NCBI GenBank assembly: GCA_937625935.1 | Contig: OW569370.1 | Coordinates: 248,001-312,000 of the forward strand | Length of the DNA stretch: 64,000 nucleotides | Reading direction: 5' to 3' | Source of the DNA: Tetramitus jugosus | Lineage: Eukaryota; Protista; Heterolobosea | Shown here: piece after piece, positions 10,452-20,948 of the stretch | Position numbering within the stretch: the stretch's first letter is position 1 | How the letters are laid out: the number at the start of each line of letters is the position of its first letter | The notes under the pieces: generated by a model | The model's input: only the letters and a program-made list of their open reading frames with translations | Told to the model about the DNA's origin: nothing | Databases searched by the model: none | Translations under genes and position numbers: made by a program

Positions 10452-12299
10452 ATGAGAGGCATGTTTCCCTCCGGTTTCGGAGCTAAGAAGAACACAAAGT
10501 CAAAATCGAGCGCTGTGTCTGCCGCCAAAACTTCCCCCGCTGTTCCTCCTAGTTCCTCCTCTGGCATTCACATGTTTACGAGTGCGCTTCAAAGAGGCAA
10601 CACCGATGCTTCCAAGAAGAGGAAAAAGTGGGATGATGTTGATCAACAAGAGGAAGTACAGGAAACAGAGGTGCCGCAAGCACAACAAAACGAACAACAG
10701 CAGACAGCACTGGCTGCACACGAACAAGAACATGCACAAACTTTTGATAGTAGATCAGTTGGTGTAAGTAATGTTGCACTGTATAATCGGATACCGATTT
10801 CGCAATGTTCTGCTTTCAAGGGACATTCTGGTGTTGTTTCTGCGTTTGCAATTGATCATTATGGAAATCGGTTTGTCACTGGATCGCACGACTATAGTAT
10901 CAAGTTTTGGGATTTTGCCGGTATGAACCAATCACTACAATCGTTTAGAGAAAAGGAGGAGGTGTGCGGTAGTTATCCAATCAATCATATTTCGTTCAGT
11001 CCGACAAGCAACTTTTTTGTGATTGCGCCTGATGCACCACAGCCAAAAATATTGGATAGAGATGGATTTGATCAAGCAACGTTCAAGAAGGGTGATCAAT
11101 ATTTGTGTGATAAAACATATACGAAGGGTCACACGGCTGCAGTTACTGGATTAAAGTGGCATCCGACCGATGAAGGCTCGATTTTAACTGGATCGACGGA
11201 CAGCACACTGAGATTGTGGAATGTGGAGACATGCGAACAAAAGCAAGAAAATGTTTTGCGAACACGAACGAGCAAGGGAACGACGACAGCAGTCACAACA
11301 TGTACATATAATGCTGATGGGTCACTGATTGTTGCTGGATGTATTGATGGATCAATTCAAATATGGCAGGTGAATGCTAGCGCCCAATATTCGCAAAAAC
11401 CGAACATAGTTATACGAACGGCCCATGAATCGCAAAGAGAAATCACGAGTATCACATTTTCGAGGGATGGCAATTGGATGGCAAGTAGGAGTATTGATGA
11501 AACTGTGAAATTGTGGGATATGCGTAATACACAAACTCCATTATTCTCCCATGGTAGTCTACCGAATGCATACAATCAAACAGATGTTATCTTCTCTCCA
11601 GATGATCGGTATTTGGTTACAGGAACTAGTATTGAGAGACGAGAGGACAAGACTTCTCGATTGCTGTTTTTCGACACAAGCACTCACGAAATTGCAAGAG
11701 AGACACAAGTACCTGGATCCACGATACGTGTCGCATGGCACGCAGCTATTAATCAAGTATTTGCTACATCCAGTAGCTCTGAGACTTTTGTATTTTATGA
11801 TAGAGAGTTGAGCAGGAAGGGAGTGTTACAGAGCTTGTCAGTGGCAGCCAAAAAGAAAAATATAGAGGACTTGTCCGTTACTGGTCCTGTGATCATTGCT
11901 CCTAGTGCTTTGCCCATGTTCAAACCAGAGCCATCCAAAAAGAAGCAAAAGGAGAAAGCCCAAAAGGATCGCAACAGATCTCACAAACCTGACGCTGCAC
12001 CTATCGGAAAAGGAAAGGGAGGCATGGTTGCAGAGAACTTGACTCATCTGATGCTCAAGAATGTTGGTTATGCTGGACGGAGCGAAGATCTGAACCAAGA
12101 TCCAAGAGAAGCTCTCTTGAAGTATGCCAATGACACCAGTGGTCCATCCTTTGCTCAAAAAGCCTATGAAAAAACACAACCTGTTCCCATCTTTGACTAC
12201 TCCGAGTATGAACAAGAGCGAAAGACCTTGGAGCAACAACAGAAGCGAGATCATGAAAAGAGTGCAGAACAAAAGTTCAAGAAACCACGGTTCGAGTAA
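10452..12299 (+). CDS. WDR70: WD repeat protein 70
   Basis: FVTGSHDYSIKFWDFAGMNQSLQSFR, FKKGDQYLCDKTYTKGH, LPMFK and DPREALLKYA...AYEKTQP are WDR70 hallmarks. Confidence 0.9.
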   Translation: MRGMFPSGFGAKKNTKSKSSAVSAAKTSPAVPPSSSSGIHMFTSALQRGNTDASKKRKKWDDVDQQEEVQETEVPQAQQNEQQQTALAAHEQEHAQTFDSRSVGVSNVALYNRIPISQCSAFKGHSGVVSAFAIDHYGNRFVTGSHDYSIKFWDFAGMNQSLQSFREKEEVCGSYPINHISFSPTSNFFVIAPDAPQPKILDRDGFDQATFKKGDQYLCDKTYTKGHTAAVTGLKWHPTDEGSILTGSTDSTLRLWNVETCEQKQENVLRTRTSKGTTTAVTTCTYNADGSLIVAGCIDGSIQIWQVNASAQYSQKPNIVIRTAHESQREITSITFSRDGNWMASRSIDETVKLWDMRNTQTPLFSHGSLPNAYNQTDVIFSPDDRYLVTGTSIERREDKTSRLLFFDTSTHEIARETQVPGSTIRVAWHAAINQVFATSSSSETFVFYDRELSRKGVLQSLSVAAKKKNIEDLSVTGPVIIAPSALPMFKPEPSKKKQKEKAQKDRNRSHKPDAAPIGKGKGGMVAENLTHLMLKNVGYAGRSEDLNQDPREALLKYANDTSGPSFAQKAYEKTQPVPIFDYSEYEQERKTLEQQQKRDHEKSAEQKFKKPRFE

Positions 12300-12370
12300 A
12301 CACTCGCACTTTCTATTTTACCGCCAAAAATAAAAAACACAATACAAAAAAAAAGTACCACACAACAACA

Positions 12371-13748
12371 ATGAAGCAAAAAGCATCGACATCACAAAAA
12401 CGCAAACGTCCACCCACGACAACACCATCATCCTCCAAGAAGAAAGGACGTACGAGTGCATCTGATCTCGTCGCCCAAGCCATCGATCATTGCAATACAG
12501 AGGATTATCTCAAAGCAAAAGCATGCTATCAGAGTGCTCTAGCCATGGACAAGAATTGTTTGGAAGCCATAAGTGGTACGTACATTTTCTCATACCTCAT
12601 CATCATAGATCACTCATGCATACCAAAAAAACATGAAACACAAAAAATTGACTCGCTCTCTCACACACACACACACACACACATGCTGTATGTCTACAGG
12701 ACTAGGATACGTTTTCATGAGAATGAACTCGTTCAAAGAATCTCTACGGTACCTGAAAAAAGCTTCTGCAGAAAAACCAGATGACACCAGTGTTTGGATC
12801 AATTTGGCCGAAGTGTACGTTTCGACAATGGAACCCGATCGTGCCATCGAGTGCTGTCAACGTGTCGAACAACTCGACAAGGACGATTCTCTTACTCCGT
12901 ACAATATTTTGTCCGACGCCTATTTTTTGAAGCGTGATTATGGCAAGACACGAGAATACTGCATGAAATCGTTGAAGAGAAATGATGGAAATGATTATAT
13001 TGCGTTGGGTAAGATGGGTGAGTGTTATCATGCACTCAAAATGTATGACACTGCACTAAAGTACTACGAATATGCGTTGAAGATTGTGCCGGATGACTAT
13101 ATTGAGAATTATAATATTGCGTTGCTGTATATTGATTTGAAGAATTATGAGGATGCGATTCATCATTTGCAAATTGTGATTCGAGAGCAGCCAGATTATG
13201 CTGATGCTGTGAATAATTTGGGTTCCGTGTATGAAGCAATAGATGATAATAAGCAGGCGATTAGCACGTATACAGCGTATTTGAGACGACATCCGAGATC
13301 GGCGAGTACTCTTTGTGCATTGGCCGCAGTGTATCTCAAGCTGAAGAATTACAAGGAAGGGGCAAAGCATGCCAAGAAGGCAACAGAGATTGATTTTAAG
13401 GTTGTGGAGGCGTGGAACATTTGTGGCGAGTGCTATTATCATTTGGAAGATTATGCCAAGGCGCACAAGAATTTCGAAGCCGTAAAGAAGCTCAAATCGG
13501 ATTTTGTGTTCAAGACGATTAGTGAAGAAGAAGCAGCTAGATTGCTGGGCAATGATCACCCATTGATTCAAGCATTCAGAGGCAAGATAACAATGGAGAG
13601 TGTGTTGGCCGCTTCTGGCAATGTTTCTGCTGCTGCTACAGTTGCAGTGCCATCGTCATCGTCATCATTGATTTCCGAGTTTTCTGTGGAGGCTAGCTCA
13701 CAGGTTCCTGCTGTTCCACCTCCAGATGATGTCTCCACTTTCAATTGA
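12371..13748 (+). CDS. TPR repeat protein with basic (NLS-like) N-terminus
   Basis: Exon 1 12371-12575, intron 12576-12699 (GTACGT...CAG), then about 9 TPRs (e.g. ALGKMGECYHALKMYDTALKYYEYALKIVPDD). Confidence 0.85.
12662..12683. repeat. (CA)11 microsatellite in intron
   Basis: Read directly from the sequence. Confidence 0.95.
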
Positions 13749-13800
13749 ATGTTTGTGAAGACTACGACATGTTTCTAATGCTTCCGCTCAAAATAGTATA

Positions 13801-15750
13801 TTACTTTAATGTATTGATTTCACCAAAGATATGAACAGGTCGGTTCAAGATTTCAGAGAGACGCTTTTGGAGAAATTCTTGGATTTGGATTGCGTCTGAT
13901 ATTAAGTTGTCAATTTCGGGTTGAGTTGCTTCAATGACGAGTTTCTGATCGTCTCTCTTCTTGTCTACTCCCTTCAAGTTATATTGAAGTTTATCGATGG
14001 CTTCCACTCGCTGCTTCAAGGATCTCGCTAACCTCTCACAATACTTTTTGGATGTTTTGATGAGTAGCAATTGTTTCAATCGAGGATCATTCAACAGACA
14101 AAGTGCATCTTTCACTGTTTTCTGGTACCTTCTCAGTTGGTCCATTGATTCATTCTGAAGGATAGTTGGGGCGGTTTTGAATATTTCACTGTCGATACTA
14201 TTGAGTGCACTCTCCGAGTCAATCTTGTCTTGAATACGACTGTCAATAAATGATGCTAGTTCCATTACATTGTCCAAATAAATATTTCTCGTTCCATCGT
14301 TCGCAAACACACTTTCATTCATCATCTGCAGTATTCGCTCAAGGTGGGCATCTTCGGTTGGTTTCACGTCATCATTGCCCAACGAAAGCTCTGCTTCTCC
14401 GAATTCATCAATCTCAATCGTTTTACTCGATTCAACTTCAATGTCGTCCCAAATAATCTCTGCTTGCTCAGTATCGCTTGTAGCAATCTCATCCTGATCT
14501 CCAATAACACTCCAATCAATTTCCAGTGGCGCATCAGATGCGTCTTCTGTTTCATTATTGCCAGTCTCACTGATTTCGTTATGAGCACTGTTCTTTTTCA
14601 TTTCATATTCTCGCAGCTCGATCGGATCATATTGTAGAGAAGCATCACTACTGTCTCTTGCTTTTCTATAATCATACACTGTTGCTCTCAATGCATCATT
14701 CTTATTCATGTGTGCCACGTATTTTAGCATTGGCATAAAGTTCGGATCATTTGTCATATCTCTACCACTGATAAATGAAGTAAATACACAGTAAAAGTTC
14801 AGCGCTTGACACATGGACTCATTCCGAGAAACTCTTTCCATTTTCTCATAGAACGATGGCAATTCTCGACGCATCAAATCAGCCATTTCATTCTCAATGT
14901 TTCTCTGAGAGTGAATATCAGTTCCAATACCTAACTGTTCACACTCTTGCGTAAATTTCCGTTCATAGAGCGCCACATTCTTTTGCCACTCTCTTTCTTT
15001 TCTGTCCCATTCATCCACCAACTTTTGACACTTGCTCACTTGTTTCCGAAGTGCAGGTATCTCATACTTTACATTCTGTACCATTTGAGAAGACAATTCC
15101 GCCATGTAAATCAACTTGCTTTCATACATGGTCACGACTTGGTTCCACAGCTTTAATCGCTTAGAGAGCTTGCTGTTTGAAGTGATGGCACTCAGTCCAA
15201 TCGCATCAACAAAGCTACGAAAGTAACCACCACCACCACCACTATGAGATTCCTTGTGTCCTTCAGTACTACTCTGTCCTGATGAAGAGTCACCTGACTC
15301 TTCTTGATCCACTTTTTCAATCAAGCTTACAAATTGCTTGGCCACGAGATAGTTTACCTGAGATGGAGAGATTTCAGTGTCCTTGGAGAGAAGAAATTTT
15401 TCTTCATTTTCTTCTGTCGCTTTGTTGTCTGTGCCAGAGGAAATGGAGATGACACCACTTGCTTGTTTCTGCAGCTTTTGAATCAGCTCGATAAGCTTTC
15501 GTTTGTTTTCGCTCATGTCGGAAGTCGGAGTTGTAGTGGCGACGGTTTCCCGCCAAGCTTCCTGAACAATGACACGAATTTGCTTCAACATCTGGATGTG
15601 TTGCTGAGGGATCATGTGCCGATCGAGGAGCCATTGCTTGAACTTTTCATACTGAATATCAACTGGTTCTAATTCTGCTGCAGTGGCAACTGTCGAAGCT
15701 GAACCTTGTTGATTTTGTTTGGCTTGGGTATTGCTTACAAAACTGTACAT
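13801..15750 (-). CDS. CDK5RAP3: CDK5RAP3/C53 (UFM1 pathway, ER-phagy receptor) homolog
   Basis: PVDIQYEKFKQWLLDR, VNYLVAKQFVSLI, LIYMAELSSQMVQNVKYEIPALRKQ, central acidic IDW-containing region, and C-terminal RPVHIFGEIN. Confidence 0.88.
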   Translation of the reverse strand: MYSFVSNTQAKQNQQGSASTVATAAELEPVDIQYEKFKQWLLDRHMIPQQHIQMLKQIRVIVQEAWRETVATTTPTSDMSENKRKLIELIQKLQKQASGVISISSGTDNKATEENEEKFLLSKDTEISPSQVNYLVAKQFVSLIEKVDQEESGDSSSGQSSTEGHKESHSGGGGGYFRSFVDAIGLSAITSNSKLSKRLKLWNQVVTMYESKLIYMAELSSQMVQNVKYEIPALRKQVSKCQKLVDEWDRKEREWQKNVALYERKFTQECEQLGIGTDIHSQRNIENEMADLMRRELPSFYEKMERVSRNESMCQALNFYCVFTSFISGRDMTNDPNFMPMLKYVAHMNKNDALRATVYDYRKARDSSDASLQYDPIELREYEMKKNSAHNEISETGNNETEDASDAPLEIDWSVIGDQDEIATSDTEQAEIIWDDIEVESSKTIEIDEFGEAELSLGNDDVKPTEDAHLERILQMMNESVFANDGTRNIYLDNVMELASFIDSRIQDKIDSESALNSIDSEIFKTAPTILQNESMDQLRRYQKTVKDALCLLNDPRLKQLLLIKTSKKYCERLARSLKQRVEAIDKLQYNLKGVDKKRDDQKLVIEATQPEIDNLISDAIQIQEFLQKRLSEILNRPVHIFGEINTLK

Positions 15751-15889
15751 GAATGAGGCAACAACTGTTGATTGATTGTTTGTTTTGTTGATCTGATGCT
15801 ATTTTTTTGATCAAATTGAAAATTGAAAGAATGAAATGAAGGCAGATAAATTAACGATGTTTAATGAGAGAGGATGAGATGTGTGACAC

Positions 15890-17500
15890 TTATTCCTCTT
15901 CTTTTGTGATGTCCACCTCTTGTGGTGTGAGCTTGTCATGTGGAGGATGAACAAAAATCTGGCACAGAGAGGTAGGAATTGTGGAGAAGCCTGTTGTTTC
16001 ATCCACGAGCAAGATGCCAGGTCCTACATTGTGCACTCCCGTTTGCATGGCAAAGAGTGAAATCTCCACTTGTTTCATTGCGAATGGCTCGAATGTTCCA
16101 ATTGATTGCACTGACTTTCCATCAACCAAGACTGGGAACATCCTTGCTGGGTCGAATCGAATCATCAGATTGACCTTTCTAGATGATCTATTGTACACGG
16201 TGCATGTGAGCTTGAATGGTTTCTCTGCCTGGATGGCTCCCGATTCTTCACTCTTCTTCAACACGAGCTCAATTTCTTGTTTGACGACTGCTCTGTGTTG
16301 AATTGGACTCGTAATCAAGATACCACCCTCACCACTGGGTCCCTTCCATTGAAACTCAATCTTTCCCAGCGATGTCAATGGACTGTTGGCAGAGTTGCGT
16401 ACCTTGTTGTCCACAGCAATGTTCTTCGGTATGAGTTCATAGAGAAACTTTCGAATTTCGCCCTTGATCATTGGGTGTTCATACGGTTTTCCAGCACTGT
16501 TATGAGTGCAATGAGAGATCAAATCATAGGTAAATCCAGGGTCAAGCTTGACAACATCGACATACAATGGTCCATGAGTCAAATTCTGTAACTCCAAGTG
16601 AACAAACACGTGCTCCTGCAGTGTAAACACCTTGACTGCGTTCATTCCCAACGGATTCAACACTGTAAACGGAAACATTTTTGTAAAATTCTTCATCTGT
16701 CTCGGTATGTTATTGTACGCACTTCCACTCATACTACTCGTCATACTGCCGCTCATCATTGTTGTACTGCTTGTTTGACCAGCGTAGGACACGTGACAAA
16801 CAAGCACATGTTTTTGTTCTTGACTCAACGGCTGCTCCACAATAAAATTCTTGTTTGATTTTGCGGCAAATAGCTTAATGGGACTTGCGCTCAAATCCAA
16901 CAGCACAGCTGGTTTCTGGTCTCCACCAGTGTGAAGCTCAATTTTGACAACCACGTCCTGCACAGGATTATACGAATGATTGTGTAAGCTAATGAAACAA
17001 CTAAATGTTTCTCCGACATAGATTCTGCCCATGGAGTTTGGAAGGGCCCATTCATCAGAGAAGCCCATTGTGTCCAAACCATTGTGAATGGCTCCTTGAT
17101 CATTGTGAACACGTTTATTGAGAGAGTCTAGTGATTTCTCAGACACTGTGAACCCAGAGCTATTGATATTCGCAGCATTCATCACATCAATACCGCCATC
17201 CATTAAAAAGTCCGATTTTTCTGTTACGACGGGGAATTTGACGGTGAAATCTGGCCGTCGGAGACGCATGACACGGAGAGAGATGGGATGAGGTGATTCA
17301 CCCGTAGTAGCTGCATTCTGTTGCTGTGATTGTGGAGATTGTGCGTAGGGTGATGGAGTAGAGCCACCAACATAGGGTGACGATGAGGAAGAGGAAGGAG
17401 TGGGTGATGGAGAAGAGAAGAAATCATCGGCTGGTGTTGTCATCTTGTTGATGTTGATATAGGTTGATGATGATGAATCATTGTTATTGTTGTTGTACAT
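15890..17500 (-). CDS. TRAPPC13: TRAPP complex subunit 13
   Basis: HPISLRVMRLRRP, LPNSMGRIYVGETFSCFISLHN and LGKIEFQWKGPSGEGGILITS. ATG 17500 is the likely start. Confidence 0.9.
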   Translation of the reverse strand: MYNNNNNDSSSSTYININKMTTPADDFFSSPSPTPSSSSSSPYVGGSTPSPYAQSPQSQQQNAATTGESPHPISLRVMRLRRPDFTVKFPVVTEKSDFLMDGGIDVMNAANINSSGFTVSEKSLDSLNKRVHNDQGAIHNGLDTMGFSDEWALPNSMGRIYVGETFSCFISLHNHSYNPVQDVVVKIELHTGGDQKPAVLLDLSASPIKLFAAKSNKNFIVEQPLSQEQKHVLVCHVSYAGQTSSTTMMSGSMTSSMSGSAYNNIPRQMKNFTKMFPFTVLNPLGMNAVKVFTLQEHVFVHLELQNLTHGPLYVDVVKLDPGFTYDLISHCTHNSAGKPYEHPMIKGEIRKFLYELIPKNIAVDNKVRNSANSPLTSLGKIEFQWKGPSGEGGILITSPIQHRAVVKQEIELVLKKSEESGAIQAEKPFKLTCTVYNRSSRKVNLMIRFDPARMFPVLVDGKSVQSIGTFEPFAMKQVEISLFAMQTGVHNVGPGILLVDETTGFSTIPTSLCQIFVHPPHDKLTPQEVDITKEEE

Positions 17501-17650
17501 TTTTTTTCTTTGTGCTTTTTTGTTTTCTGAGGTGATTGCATTCTCCCGCCTTTTATCGGACAAAATTTTACCAAAGCAGAGCTCAGGCCTCATCATCGCA
17601 ACAAAAGAAGAAGAATAGATCAAAGTTCACCACCTTGCTTCCTGTTTATT

Positions 17651-19897
17651 ATGAATGCGAGGCAACAATCAACCACGCCCCCAACAAGCATAACACAACA
17701 AGGATCTCAACCACCACCCCCACCTCCATCACAACAACCACAACAACCACCACCAGGCAGTGTCATCAGACTTCGCATTCATCATGATCAAGTTTCCTTG
17801 CTTCGTTCCTCTTCTCCCACACCTTCACCTCCAACAACAACAGTCACCACAACCACCACAGCCACCACAACTACAACATCCTCATCATCAACAGTAGTAG
17901 CTCCAACCATACCAACAACACCAATTGTTCATCAATCAGCAACTCCAATTACTTCAATCACTGCGAATACATCTACAATTGCAAATAGCTTGAGAAGCAA
18001 CACAATGATGAGTGGGACAATGTACAAGCAAACGGCTAGAAAATCAATTACGACTCCACCTAGGAAACAATTGTGTCCCATACCTCTGTCCTATTCATCA
18101 TCATCCTCTGCATCATCATCTTCAATCATAGGAGCAGCACAAAGTTCAGTTCACAATGATGAAATTTCATCGACTAGTAGTAGTAGTAGTAGTGACACAG
18201 CAACAACAACGAGTCTCAATAGCGGAGAAATACACTCTTCACAGCGAAGAAAGCGACGGAGGACGTTATCAACGAGTGGCAATGACAGTGAAACTGAAGA
18301 GTCTGATCATGAACGCAATGATACGATAATGAGTGATGAAAGTGCAAAGAGCAAGAGGAGTAATGAAGCGATTGTTGCTGATCAATCATCATTTGATTCA
18401 TCATCATCATCGTCAGCAACAACAGCAACGAAATATGTGACCGCTCCTAGAAACATTGTTCTCAGTAGTTACAATGCTCGGTCATCATCTGCTTCTTCTG
18501 CCGCAGCTGCTGCTGCATTTGCAGGTTCTGTGACAGAGGCAACTGCTACAGCGGTGTTGAGCAGTAGTAGTAGTAGTGGTGGTGGTGAAGCTTCATTGGT
18601 GTCTGGTGGAAGAGGAGGATTACGAAAGAATCCGAGGCGAAGAGAAGTGTATGATCCATTGACTGGAGAAAGTGCTCCTGCTGCGATTCTTGTTTCTGAT
18701 TCAGAGTCGGAAGAAGTCGTGACAAGTCAGAGAAGAGCAAGGAGAAGCTACAGAAGTAATACCAGTACGAATAGTACTGGTAGCACTGGTAGTGGTAGTA
18801 GTAGTAGTCAGGATAGTATGAATCTTACAATACAGGAAAGCTCAAGTAGTAGTCAAGATATGAGTCCAGGTGTGGATCAAGTAGTGTCCTCTCAGGACAA
18901 TCAAAGATTGTCGAGTGAATCCGAATCTGAGCGCGCCAATTCAGGTAAGAGGACAATAGAAGAGAGAACGAGCCCTGGTGGTGACAGTGGGAGAACGATG
19001 GGGCCGAAAAGAATCACCAATTCTGACGATATACGTCGCAAAATTACCTTTGTGTCCAAGGCACCAAAGTTTCATCATGAATCAGCAGTTGCTTCGGCAC
19101 CAATCACTTTGGTCCCAATGACGTCTTCTGCTGCAGCAGCTCCTGCAACGGTGCCCTTGGCTTCTGTTGCTACAATTGCAACACCACCAACACCAACAGT
19201 AGGCACAGCAGACGCACCACCTGTCGAAAAGGTGAGGATTCAACTATTTCAAAATGATCGTGATTTCCTCGATGTTTTTGGCTCTTCATTCCGTATCAAC
19301 GGTAGCTTCACTGACTATACCATTGTGTTCAAACATAGTGGAAATCGATTCAGGACACATAGGATTGTACTGGCCGGTCACAGTTCACTGTTGCGCTCCA
19401 TGCTCACAAACGAAGCACAAGAAGTATTAGAGGTTGATGACTCGGTGTTTAATGAGAATGTGTTTTTCACGATTATTGGATTACTATATCCAGGCTCATC
19501 TGTACGAGTTCGATACAATCAAATACCTCACATGCTCATGATTGCGAATCATTTTGGTTTGCACAAGCTCATCCAAGTTCTCGTGACAATCTTTTCTCAT
19601 CATTTGAATGATAACATTGTGTTGAGTTGTTGGAATTTAAAGTATACGGATGAAACGAGACCGTTGATTGCAATCGCAGAGAGCTATATTCAAAAGCAGA
19701 ACTTTAAATTGATTCTCAAAGAGCACAAACATGTCATGTTATCATTCGATGGATGGTATCGCCTGTTACAGTCAATACCAGTCAACACGGACAATGCACT
19801 CGATCTTATCGACTCTATATCAGCATGGGTGAAGCATGATCGACCCAATCGCGCACAACACCTGACAAAGCTCATGCAACTGATACAAGGAACGTGA
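17651..19897 (+). CDS. BTB(-BACK) domain protein with a long S/T-rich disordered N-terminus containing a histone H3-tail-like motif
   Basis: C-terminal BTB (FTDYTIVF...FRTHRIVLAGHSSLLRSML...FFTIIGLLY) and BACK-like end (DSISAWVKHDRPNRAQHLTKLMQLI). KQTARKSITTPPRKQL lies at 18026-18073. Confidence 0.85.
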   Translation: MNARQQSTTPPTSITQQGSQPPPPPPSQQPQQPPPGSVIRLRIHHDQVSLLRSSSPTPSPPTTTVTTTTTATTTTTSSSSTVVAPTIPTTPIVHQSATPITSITANTSTIANSLRSNTMMSGTMYKQTARKSITTPPRKQLCPIPLSYSSSSSASSSSIIGAAQSSVHNDEISSTSSSSSSDTATTTSLNSGEIHSSQRRKRRRTLSTSGNDSETEESDHERNDTIMSDESAKSKRSNEAIVADQSSFDSSSSSSATTATKYVTAPRNIVLSSYNARSSSASSAAAAAAFAGSVTEATATAVLSSSSSSGGGEASLVSGGRGGLRKNPRRREVYDPLTGESAPAAILVSDSESEEVVTSQRRARRSYRSNTSTNSTGSTGSGSSSSQDSMNLTIQESSSSSQDMSPGVDQVVSSQDNQRLSSESESERANSGKRTIEERTSPGGDSGRTMGPKRITNSDDIRRKITFVSKAPKFHHESAVASAPITLVPMTSSAAAAPATVPLASVATIATPPTPTVGTADAPPVEKVRIQLFQNDRDFLDVFGSSFRINGSFTDYTIVFKHSGNRFRTHRIVLAGHSSLLRSMLTNEAQEVLEVDDSVFNENVFFTIIGLLYPGSSVRVRYNQIPHMLMIANHFGLHKLIQVLVTIFSHHLNDNIVLSCWNLKYTDETRPLIAIAESYIQKQNFKLILKEHKHVMLSFDGWYRLLQSIPVNTDNALDLIDSISAWVKHDRPNRAQHLTKLMQLIQGT

Positions 19898-19970
19898 CCA
19901 AAAGTGAATTGAAATTTTTGGTTTATTAAGTTTTTTTGTGTGAAAGCATCTATCTCCCTGTATGGAAATG

Positions 19971-20798
19971 CTAGCGCTGCTGCTGCGATGCTGGCAACTT
20001 TTGGTTGCCGTGCTGCTCTTGTTGCTTCTGAATCCACTTGGTTGCAACAACCGATATGACCATCAACAACAAGAGGACATCTCCCGTTAGGAACATGTAA
20101 GCCTTCTTTTTCACATCTGAGACATCGTCCTTTGCAAATTCACTCTCAGAATCATTTGCACTGTCAGCGTGCTGAGAATAAGAGGAGGAAGAATTGCCAA
20201 ATGCAAATGGCCCTGCTTGTTGCTGCCGAGACTGGGACTGATGCTGCTGGTGCGAACGATACTCGGTTTGAACACGTTCATTGTATCGCATTTGAATCTT
20301 GCGTCGATGTTGCTTGATAGGATCAGAGTACCATTCTTCATAAAATCTTCGATACGCATTGGATTGGTTGACATCTTTTTCTGCTGCTCTCTTTTTGATC
20401 ATTGGGTCTGAGAACATGGTTTTTCGAATCTTAATGTAATCCTCACTACTTGTTTGGGCATTGAAGTCAAAGTCCTCTGCGTTTTTAGAGTTGGCTCTTG
20501 CAGTCCAATAGGAATTCTGTTGATAGAAGGAACTACTCGAGCTAGATGCCGTTGAGGAACCACTTGATTGCTGTGAGAAACTCAGGTCATAGGACCGTCT
20601 CTTCGAATCATCATGCAATGTTTCATATGCGTGATTCAACTGCTTGAACTTTTCAACGTCACCTCCACTTGGACTGTCTGGATGGTGCTTTTTAGCCAGT
20701 TTGAGATAGGCGACTCTGATGGATTGCTTAGTAGCTGACGAGGTCAGACCCAAAACGTGATAGAGAGTTTGGGATGTGCTAAAAACTGTTTGATTCAT
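19971..20798 (-). CDS. DnaJ/Hsp40 J-domain protein with C-terminal TM segment
   Basis: LYHVLGL...AYLKLAKKHHPD...FKQLNHAYETLHDDSKRRSYD, plus hydrophobic VLLLLMVISVVA. Confidence 0.9.
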   Translation of the reverse strand: MNQTVFSTSQTLYHVLGLTSSATKQSIRVAYLKLAKKHHPDSPSGGDVEKFKQLNHAYETLHDDSKRRSYDLSFSQQSSGSSTASSSSSSFYQQNSYWTARANSKNAEDFDFNAQTSSEDYIKIRKTMFSDPMIKKRAAEKDVNQSNAYRRFYEEWYSDPIKQHRRKIQMRYNERVQTEYRSHQQHQSQSRQQQAGPFAFGNSSSSYSQHADSANDSESEFAKDDVSDVKKKAYMFLTGDVLLLLMVISVVATKWIQKQQEQHGNQKLPASQQQR

Positions 20799-20948
20799 TT
20801 GTTGCTTTGATTATTGAAATGCAATTCTTCATAGATTCGTTTGATAGTTTCAATAAGTGTCTAAATCAGGTTTACTGACAGTTACGCATGCAAGTTGACA
20901 AAGAGATTCTCCGATTCGGATCGCGAAGCTGATTTTATGAAGGAGTTT

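Noticed and set aside
18598-18645. H4-tail-like SGGRGGLRK in the BTB protein
   Set aside because: It is too short and Gly/Arg-rich to distinguish from an ordinary RGG/NLS sequence.
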